Assembly: GCA_017411605.1 (NCBI GenBank)
Contig: JAFQPR010000009.1
Coordinates: 13,814-77,813, forward strand
Origin: Clostridia bacterium
GTDB taxonomy: Bacteria > Bacillota > Clostridia > Oscillospirales > CAG-272
DNA: 64,000 nucleotides
Direction of reading: 5' to 3'
A program made the position numbers and the translations under genes. Positions 57,801-64,000 of this stretch are shown here, in pieces. The notes under the pieces are model-generated. The model made no database searches and was not told where the DNA came from. It was given only the letters and a program-made list of their open reading frames with translations. Position 1 is the stretch's first letter. Each line of letters starts with the position of its first letter.

Positions 57801-60800
57801 GAAGCTGGACGAAGTGTATTTCACGGTTGACCTTGAAAGCGAGTGTCTTATCAGCGGTGTAAATCTTTATTGGTATCAAAGACCTAACAAGTATCGGATA
57901 TACGTATCATCAGACAGGAGCAATTGGACTCTCGTTTATGAGGATCTGAAGGATAACGGTGGGGTCAAGTCAACTGACTGTGTGTCTATCCCCAACACCG
58001 TTATCGGTAGATACGTAAGGGTTATGTTAACCGAGTGCTTCGAAGCCTCTAACGGAAACTTGTATTGCGGAAGTATTGCCGAAGTGGAGGTTATAGGAAC
58101 AGGAACCGACATTGGCGCTCTTGATACGATAGATAGATATCTTAAGACACTTGACGGAGATGCAAAAACTCATCTTTATAACAGAGTAGCCCTCGTTAAG
58201 AGAATAATAAGCAAAGGAAATACCGATATTTCAGCGGTTGCAATCAAGCTGCTTTATGAAGAATATGAGAGAATGCTCAATTCTTCTTACACTTTAGATA
58301 CTTCAAAGGGAAATATCTATAATGCGCTTCTTGATATTAAACTAAGAAAGCACGCGAGCAGCGATTCTGCATATGCAGCGTACATGGAGGCGTATAAGCT
58401 TACTCTCAGTGCATACATCAATTCAAAGACGGATACATCGGTTAGAACGAACAGACTTTCCATGCTGAATAGTGCAACTTTGAAAATTGCGAAGCCCGAC
58501 AGTATCGAGACGGACTTTACGTTCGCTGATTTAAACCTTCTCAAGGACGGAAATGTCAGCACATATTATGCTACCACCGAAACCACGCAGGCGGTAGGTA
58601 ATTACTTCACAATCAATTATAATAATCCCATTACTTTTGCATCCATAAGATTAGCCACCAAGGATATTAATTCATCTCTTTCAACAGCTAAGATTGAATA
58701 TTCTCTTGACGGAACGACGTTCACAACGCTTAAGGAGATAAATGGTGCCGGAAACATAAGAGATTATCGCTTTGGTGTAAATCGCAAGAATATGTGCGAG
58801 CTTGTTGTCAAGAATCCGATAGACAACGTAGTAGCAATACGTATAACCGTAACGGCAAGCTCCACTAAGAAATTACAACTTGCTGAAATCTTAGTGAATG
58901 AAAACATAGACCTTGACGTTCTTATTCCCGAAGCAAGCGGCTATCTGCTCGAGAATTATACTACTGCCAGCAGCTTCCCGTTCTTCCAGTATTATAAATC
59001 CGAAGCTGTTTCTCGTGCGTTTGTCGACAATTTAGCTACGTATATAAGATACCTTGTTCCAAAGGCAGACGTTGAGGCAGTAAATGCCAAAATATCCGAG
59101 CTTAAGGCAATTGACACAACGCTTTATACCGATTCATCTGTAGCCGTACTTAATGCGGCAATAGCATCAGCTGAAAGCTTTGTTTCAAGTATCAACGATA
59201 ACGTATCAATATATGCGTCGGATGATGTGATTGAAGAGCTTTGTAACGCGAAGAATGCTCTTGTCAGAAATACTGCTATTAATACCGCAGAGCTCGAGAG
59301 CGCTATTGCCTCGGCAAGCGTAAATTCGTGGGAATACACCTATTATTCCTATAAATTCCTTAGCGATACGGTATATTACGCTAAATCGCTTCTTAACAAT
59401 GCAAACGCAACACAGGAAATAATCAATGAAGCTTGCATAAGGGTTAATTATGCGATATCAAAACTCGAAACTCGCGGAACGCGTGTTAATGTGGCTCTTA
59501 ATAAGAATCTCATCATATCAGGTCGCGAATCGGCAAGCTCGCTCGGTCCTGAGCTTGCGGTAGACGGCGATCTGACAACGAGATTCTCACCGAATCGCGA
59601 AGATGGTGCATACTTTATCATAGATCTCGGCGAGATACTGATGATCGACACTATTGAGGCAGTATGGAATCATAATCCGAGAAAATATAATATCCAGATT
59701 TCCGTCGACAACAAAAAATACGTTACTGTTTATGAATCGTATGACTCTCTTGTATTCGGCAAAGCAGTAACAGATACTATTAATTTCGAAGAAGCTGTAC
59801 AGGCGAGATATGTAAAATTTGATCTTGTATCAAGATTTCTCGGTAGTAGCGATCAGCATACGCTTTACAGTGGTTCACCTAATGAAGTTATGATATACTC
59901 AGCTGATATGACACCCTCAAAGAGCGAGCTTCAGTATCTCGTAGATCTCTATGCAAACGGAATCACTCAGAGCTTTGCTCCGGAGTGCAAGGCGAAGATA
60001 GAGGCGGCACTTGCCGAAGCGGAAGCACTTCTCGCAAACGATAGCGCAACTGCAGAGGAAATTGAGGCGCTCGTTAACAGCCTTACTCACACTACCGATG
60101 CTTTAAACTTTAAGTTTGCAAACAATAGTGTACATACACATACTTGTCCATGTGGTGTTTCGGTAAGTGAAGAGCATATCTTTGATGCGGGAACGGTAGC
60201 TATGAAACCTTCAGCGTTTGAAGAAGGCGAGATGGTTTATACTTGTTCTGTCTGCGGAGGCAATAAGACCGAGGCAATACCTACTGTTGACCTTTATCTT
60301 TCTTCGATGAAGTTGAATCTTGCCGAAAGTATAAATGTTGTATATATTGCCGAAGTTAATGAAAGTCTTGCTGAACCTTATCTTATAGTTAAGCTTCTCG
60401 GTAATGAATATAAGCTTACAAAGTATACAGTTCGTGCAGACGGCAGATATGAATTCGTTTTCAAAGGGGCAACACCTTCGAATATGACCGATGATATGAG
60501 CGCTACTCTTTATGCCAAGAGAGGGGATGAAACGGTAAGCTCCGATGAAAGAAGCTTTACCATCAGAGAATACTGCGCGGCTGTTCTTAAGGCGTACAGC
60601 GCTGACGTAAAGCTCAGAACTCTCATCAGCGATATTCTTGTTTACGGTGCGGCACTTCAGAATTACGTAGGTCACGAAACCGATAATCTCGCTACCTCAT
60701 CCGTACCGCGTCTTACGTCGAGCGAGTACGATGAAACAATTACGAGTAAGCTTCTTATTTCAGGTACTGCAAACGGATATAAGTGGATAAGCGCGGGACT

Positions 60801-61188
60801 TGTATGCACAGGACGTATGAGTGTTGATTTTAAGTTCGAATGCGCAAATCCTGATGATACTGTTATCAGATTTACTGTATGCGGCAGAGAGATGACCTAC
60901 AAGGTAAGCGATCTCGATTGCGACAGTGACGGACGTTACAGCATTCGTTTGAACGGAATTATGGCATATGAATTTGATGAAACGATAACTGCTGAATTCG
61001 TAACAGACGGAGAAGCTGTCGGTGAGAAGTTAAACTTCTCGGTTAACTCGTATATCGTTTATATGAATGAGCTTTATGCTTCCTCTACGAATGAAACCGA
61101 ATTAAAGCTTGTGGAGCTCGTTCGTGCTATTTCGTGCTACGGAAACAGTGCTAAGGCTTACTACGAGCAAATCAAAGGAGAAAAATGA
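54826..61188 (+). CDS. Giant (about 2120 aa) secreted or anchored GH20 beta-N-acetylhexosaminidase-like protein with LamG, four F5/8-type-C (CBM32-like), FIVAR-like helical domains and a C-terminal tandem module of unknown function
   Basis: Signal/anchor MKVKTKTKRCVKMIIIALLASVVILC. GH20b plus catalytic blocks (MIDVARHY, HVHINDNGG, HLGMDEY). LamG-like region (LTLDGTGYLSL..ILFAGG). Repeated NxALGK..AVDG..W..IDLG discoidin-type units. AAAGGAGA RBS before the ATG at 54826. Confidence 0.85.
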   Translation: MKVKTKTKRCVKMIIIALLASVVILCTGIAMYATDTASGVLSTIATVSPTLSADGKSIILPGVPDGYTVSVNGTSNESVIDIDGNVYTPLVDTTVKVNYKVTKIEDGMSAVDNYQEASIVINGKYTAEEFDNAEPAVLPKLQEWKGGQGTVKVSESSRIVVSHAAFMPQAELINEYFADILGSPLEIVTDEASAGDIIIGYADAKELGKEGYTVELSDRIIIEAYSETGALYGGTTVAQMLTLYEGYELPQGYIRDYPAYEVRSSMIDVARHYLPLEQLVDTSKYLAYFKVNQIHVHINDNGGQQNYAFRVESKRYPEINSLLGDNIYSQEDYRAYQTELLKYGVKVITEIDSPAHAGFAGLYDSSLVISSDKGKLDLTNNYDGVVTFMKGLVDEFVNGYDGNPSVIIDEIDTIHLGMDEYYYNHDQYKVYMKEMCDYTKSLGKCVQVWSALKTADFSEELPITPENTIVNYWGDADLKAYANLDFPAVSNYPLKLYVVPGVTNAFGDWIDIPTIYDSYEANIVSSSLTFAESSPLLLGVEGAIWHDNNAGHSKEGVFARVRDQMLLVSEKAWHGKADGVTGEQFEKRLRAIQDLVPIVNPQSFVPSNEDGVVADYDFDEVENGKIKDTAQGLDATLNEISVSNSKLTLDGTGYLSLPIDQIGFPYTVSFGLTYSSTTSGILFAGGDSTFWLNKNADGKITFARELHTFGFDFVFVKNLHYDIMLVCDRETISLYVDGVYIEDAHVISAETKKQNLSSIKFSESVLSTSRIGEGIVGTLDSLKILGSADKVALSGIDNMKYGNVALGKETSASGTEVNYKWFPENAVDGITEGSDFKVSLNRVDNAWLTIDLGEVYSIDKIKIYFLQSPVAYKFLISVDGINYTEVYNQPSANAAKKSTDTIELGTNVAARYVKYQQVEMFSATLSNGNVAKYSGSFAEIEVYGSEIAINKNLALGKEVVECTYNENGTTGVPQNLTDGNNEASWSNRVCFEKLDEVYFTVDLESECLISGVNLYWYQRPNKYRIYVSSDRSNWTLVYEDLKDNGGVKSTDCVSIPNTVIGRYVRVMLTECFEASNGNLYCGSIAEVEVIGTGTDIGALDTIDRYLKTLDGDAKTHLYNRVALVKRIISKGNTDISAVAIKLLYEEYERMLNSSYTLDTSKGNIYNALLDIKLRKHASSDSAYAAYMEAYKLTLSAYINSKTDTSVRTNRLSMLNSATLKIAKPDSIETDFTFADLNLLKDGNVSTYYATTETTQAVGNYFTINYNNPITFASIRLATKDINSSLSTAKIEYSLDGTTFTTLKEINGAGNIRDYRFGVNRKNMCELVVKNPIDNVVAIRITVTASSTKKLQLAEILVNENIDLDVLIPEASGYLLENYTTASSFPFFQYYKSEAVSRAFVDNLATYIRYLVPKADVEAVNAKISELKAIDTTLYTDSSVAVLNAAIASAESFVSSINDNVSIYASDDVIEELCNAKNALVRNTAINTAELESAIASASVNSWEYTYYSYKFLSDTVYYAKSLLNNANATQEIINEACIRVNYAISKLETRGTRVNVALNKNLIISGRESASSLGPELAVDGDLTTRFSPNREDGAYFIIDLGEILMIDTIEAVWNHNPRKYNIQISVDNKKYVTVYESYDSLVFGKAVTDTINFEEAVQARYVKFDLVSRFLGSSDQHTLYSGSPNEVMIYSADMTPSKSELQYLVDLYANGITQSFAPECKAKIEAALAEAEALLANDSATAEEIEALVNSLTHTTDALNFKFANNSVHTHTCPCGVSVSEEHIFDAGTVAMKPSAFEEGEMVYTCSVCGGNKTEAIPTVDLYLSSMKLNLAESINVVYIAEVNESLAEPYLIVKLLGNEYKLTKYTVRADGRYEFVFKGATPSNMTDDMSATLYAKRGDETVSSDERSFTIREYCAAVLKAYSADVKLRTLISDILVYGAALQNYVGHETDNLATSSVPRLTSSEYDETITSKLLISGTANGYKWISAGLVCTGRMSVDFKFECANPDDTVIRFTVCGREMTYKVSDLDCDSDGRYSIRLNGIMAYEFDETITAEFVTDGEAVGEKLNFSVNSYIVYMNELYASSTNETELKLVELVRAISCYGNSAKAYYEQIKGEK

Positions 61189-61322
61189 TGGATAAATATG
61201 AAGCGCCGATTGCGATAATGATAAACATTTCATCATCGGATATAATAACCACAAGTCCTATCGGAGACTCCGATGATTACGAGCCCGGAATCGAGCTTCC
61301 GGAGCTTGAATTTCCGAGATAA
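61185..61322 (+). CDS. 45-aa acidic mini-protein, family shared with 23921-24055 (function unknown)
   Basis: Not in the ORF track. The ATG overlaps the TGA of the giant gene (ATGA), and an AAAGGAG RBS lies inside the giant gene's end. MMDKYEAPIAIMINISSSDIITTSPIGDSDDYEPGIELPELEFPR, followed by a strong terminator. Confidence 0.55.
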   Translation: MMDKYEAPIAIMINISSSDIITTSPIGDSDDYEPGIELPELEFPR

Positions 61323-61348
61323 TAATTTGTAATTTGTTGAAATACAAA

Positions 61349-61400
61349 GGGGTTAACTCAAGACATTTAAAGCTTGAGTTAACCCCGATTTTTGTTTTTT
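61349..61400. terminator. Strong bidirectional rho-independent terminator
   Basis: 14-bp perfect stem GGGGTTAACTCAAG / CTTGAGTTAACCCC followed by GATTTTTGTTTTTT. Confidence 0.75.
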
Positions 61401-61403
61401 ATA

Positions 61404-62573
61404 TTAAAGCTTTTTGAGAGTATCCATTACGTAGTTACCGAACTCCTCGCAGGTAGCACCGGTATCTCTTCCGGTGATAGTGAGCTTCTTTTCCTCAAAC
61501 GAGCAGATGTCAAGAGCGCGCTCAAGCTTTGCGGAGTATTCACCGTAGCCTATGTGGGAGAGGAGCATTACGCAGGCTCTGAGCATCGAGCAGGGATCTG
61601 CAAAGATAGCCCTGCCTTCCTTGACCATTCTCGGCGCTGAGCCGTGGATAGCTTCGAACATTGCGTATTTTTTACCTATGTTCGCGCATCCCGCGGTACC
61701 AACGCCACCCTGGAATTCGGCTGCCTCATCGGAGATGATATCACCGTAGAGGTTGGGGAGGAGCAGTACCTGGAAGTCGCGTCTGCGCTTTTTATCGACG
61801 AGCTTTGCGGTCATAATATCCGCGTACCACTCGTCGGTCGTGATCTCGGGATAAAGGTCTGCAACCTTGTGGCAATCCTCAAGGAAGTTACCGTCGGTGG
61901 TTTTGATAACGTTCGCTTTTGTAACGAGGGAAACTCTCGTCATACCGTTGCGTCTTGCATAATCATACGCGAGTCTTGCAATTCTGTCCGAGCCCTGCTT
62001 TGTGGTTATGGTAAAGTCAACGGCAAGGTCCTCGGTAACGTTGAAGCCCGACGAGCCTACCGCGTAGCCGCCCTCTGTGTTTTCTCTGAAGATAACCCAA
62101 TTGATGCCCTCTTCGGGAACTTTGACGGGACGTATATTTGCGAAGAGGTCAAGCGCCTTTCTCATTGCAACGTTTGCAGATTCAATGTTAGGCATACCGT
62201 CGCCCTTCTGAGGCGTAGTCGTGGGACCTTTAAGAATAACGTCGCAGGATTTGAGAGCTGCCATAACGTCGTCGGGAATAGCCTTCCCGTGAGCTATTCT
62301 GTTTTCTATTGTAAGACCGTCTATTGTTATAAATTCAATGCGACCCGCAGCCTCTTCTTTAGCGAGTATAAATTTGAGCACGCGCTCGGCTTCTTTTGAA
62401 ATAGTGGGGCCGATACCGTCGCCGCCGCAGATACCGATTTTTATGGTTTTTAATGCTGCATAGTCGGTGAAGTCTCCCTGCGCCTTCATATCCTCAACTC
62501 GGATAAGCTGCTTTTCAAGTATTGCTCTGAACTTTTCGCATGCGAGCTCAAGTTCTTTATTATAACCGTTCAT
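61404..62573 (-). CDS. Isocitrate/isopropylmalate dehydrogenase family protein, probably NAD-dependent isocitrate dehydrogenase
   Basis: NLYGDIISDEAAEFQGGVGTAG signature. Located immediately downstream of an aconitase gene. Confidence 0.8.
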   Translation of the reverse strand: MNGYNKELELACEKFRAILEKQLIRVEDMKAQGDFTDYAALKTIKIGICGGDGIGPTISKEAERVLKFILAKEEAAGRIEFITIDGLTIENRIAHGKAIPDDVMAALKSCDVILKGPTTTPQKGDGMPNIESANVAMRKALDLFANIRPVKVPEEGINWVIFRENTEGGYAVGSSGFNVTEDLAVDFTITTKQGSDRIARLAYDYARRNGMTRVSLVTKANVIKTTDGNFLEDCHKVADLYPEITTDEWYADIMTAKLVDKKRRRDFQVLLLPNLYGDIISDEAAEFQGGVGTAGCANIGKKYAMFEAIHGSAPRMVKEGRAIFADPCSMLRACVMLLSHIGYGEYSAKLERALDICSFEEKKLTITGRDTGATCEEFGNYVMDTLKKL

Positions 62574-62587
62574 TGTTTTTACCTCTC

Positions 62588-64000
62588 TTAATTTGAGTTT
62601 TCCTTTGTGTAGTTAAGAAGGCCGCCCGCAAGCAGTATCTTGCGCTGACGCTCTGTGAGCGAAAGGTTAAGTTTAACCTCTGCGCCGCCTTCGCTTTTTA
62701 TCGTAACGGTGTCAAGAGAAGCGATCGCTTCCTTGAAGTTTTCTATCGTGGTAAAGTCACCCTCGCTAAGCTTTTCATAATCGTCGGGATCTGCAAGAGT
62801 GAAGGGAACTATACCGAAGTTGATAAGGTTCGCAACGTGTATTCTTGCAAAGCTCTTTGCGATAACGGCGCGTATTCCCAGATAAAGGGGAACGAGAGCC
62901 GCGTGCTCTCTTGATGAGCCTTGTCCGTAATTTTGTCCGCCGAGAATAATTCCGCCGCCTTCTGCTTTTGCTCTTTCGGGGAAGGCGGGATCGCATACGG
63001 TAAAGCAGAACTCTGAAAGCTTCGGTACGTTGGATCTGTAAGGAAGTATTTTTGTTCCCGCGGGCATGATGTGGTCCGTTGTGATATTGTCTTCTACCTT
63101 GAGGATTATCTTTGCCGAAAGCTTCTCGTCGGGAGCCTTGCCCTTCGGGATAGGTTTGATGTTTGGACCTCTGACAACCTCGACTTCGGGCGCTTCCGCT
63201 TCGCTCGCGGGAAGCTCTATCATATTATCGTTAACAAGGAATTTCTCAGGCAAAGTAATTTTTGGCGCTTCGCCAAGCTCTCTCGGATCAGCAAACACAC
63301 CTGCAATTGCGGATGCCGCCGCAACCTCGGGGGATACGAGATAGACGTTCGCATCCTTAGTGCCTGAGCGTGCCAAGAAATTACGGTTAAAAGTACGCAA
63401 GCTGACGCCTGCAGATTCGGGTGAGAAGCCCATACCGATGCAAGGACCGCAAGCGCATTCTAGTATTCTCGCGCCGGCACCGATAAGGTCGGCGAGAGCG
63501 CCGCATTCGGCGAGCATAGTATATACCTGCTTTGAGCCGGGGGAAATAGAGAGGCTCACGTCGGGGTGAACCGTTTTACCCTTAAGCATTTTCGCTACGG
63601 TAAGAAGGTCGCGAAGCGATGAGTTCGTACAAGAGCCAATACATACCTGGTTTATCTTCATTCCGCGAAGCTCATCCACGGATTTTATATTGTCGGGAGA
63701 GTGCGGACAAGCCGCCAAGGGAGAGAGCGTGCTGAGATCTACCGTGTATTCTGCATCGTATACTGCGTCGGGGTCGGACGCGAGAGGTATGAAGCATTCG
63801 CCCCTTCCTTCCGCCTCAAGGAATGCCTTAGTGGTTTCATCCGATGGAAATATAGAGGTGGTAGCTCCAAGCTCTGCGCCCATATTTGTGATAGTTGCGC
63901 GTTCGGGAACGGAAAGAGATTTAACGCCCTCTCCCGCGTACTCAACGATAGCGCCGACACCGCCCTTTACCGAAAGCAACCGCAGTACCTCAAGAATAAC
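62588..64000 (-). CDS. Aconitate hydratase (partial; N-terminus lies beyond the window end)
   Basis: The ORF stays open to position 64000. Aconitase domain 3/4 blocks are present (CIGSCTNSS, ACGPCIGMG, swivel-domain GQNYGQGSSREHAA). Confidence 0.85.
   Translation of the reverse strand, partial: VILEVLRLLSVKGGVGAIVEYAGEGVKSLSVPERATITNMGAELGATTSIFPSDETTKAFLEAEGRGECFIPLASDPDAVYDAEYTVDLSTLSPLAACPHSPDNIKSVDELRGMKINQVCIGSCTNSSLRDLLTVAKMLKGKTVHPDVSLSISPGSKQVYTMLAECGALADLIGAGARILECACGPCIGMGFSPESAGVSLRTFNRNFLARSGTKDANVYLVSPEVAAASAIAGVFADPRELGEAPKITLPEKFLVNDNMIELPASEAEAPEVEVVRGPNIKPIPKGKAPDEKLSAKIILKVEDNITTDHIMPAGTKILPYRSNVPKLSEFCFTVCDPAFPERAKAEGGGIILGGQNYGQGSSREHAALVPLYLGIRAVIAKSFARIHVANLINFGIVPFTLADPDDYEKLSEGDFTTIENFKEAIASLDTVTIKSEGGAEVKLNLSLTERQRKILLAGGLLNYTKENSN

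Noticed and set aside
1-64000. Search for CRISPR arrays, tRNA/rRNA genes, tandem repeats, toxin-antitoxin pairs and known defence-system genes
   Set aside because: - No regularly spaced short repeats were seen.
- No tRNA-like T-arm or acceptor sequences were noticed in intergenic regions, which are mostly short and filled by promoters and terminators.
- No nuclease, helicase, methylase or reverse-transcriptase ORFs typical of defence islands were recognised.
- This was a by-eye scan, so small non-coding RNAs could have been missed.

Overview
64-kb chromosomal segment with Firmicutes/Clostridia-type gene content. All calls rest on motif and architecture recognition in the supplied ORF translations; no database search was possible. 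An unlisted spoVM-like mini-gene suggests a spore-former. GGAGG-type RBSs, TTGACA-N17-TATAAT promoters and hairpin plus T-run terminators are common.

Most of the window is ordinary housekeeping:
- pepF, ctp-greA-lysS, ribF-prmA-rsmE, a THUMP methyltransferase, an Lrp-aminotransferase pair, and an IDH-aconitase pair.
- Several peptidases: M16C, S41, HtrA, U32 and M19.

Interleaved with these are AraC-controlled glycan-utilisation genes: CE7 esterase, GH2, GH36-like, GH78-like, and a 2120-aa GH20/LamG/F5-8-type-C protein.

No rRNA, tRNA, CRISPR array, transposase, integrase or recognisable defence genes were seen.

The most unusual signal is a three-gene architecture present twice (19718-24055 and 53789-61322):
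- A divergent AraC regulator.
- A giant signal-peptide-bearing glycan-active protein. Both giants carry a shared tandem module of unknown function.
- Immediately downstream, an unlisted 44-45 aa strongly acidic mini-ORF. Both mini-ORFs share Y-E-x-P, a hydrophobic stretch, and an invariant S-D-[VI]-I-T-T-S-P core.

Other notable observations:
- A 397-bp, roughly 98.5%-identical duplication of the araC/giant-gene divergent promoter region now drives an AT-rich GH78-like cassette. The cassette lies next to decayed ABC-transporter genes.
- A translationally coupled GT8/acyltransferase operon includes a GT8-LPLAT fusion.
- Two terminator hairpins share a conserved loop and show compensatory stem changes.
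- The pnuC leader contains a long structured attenuator-like hairpin.
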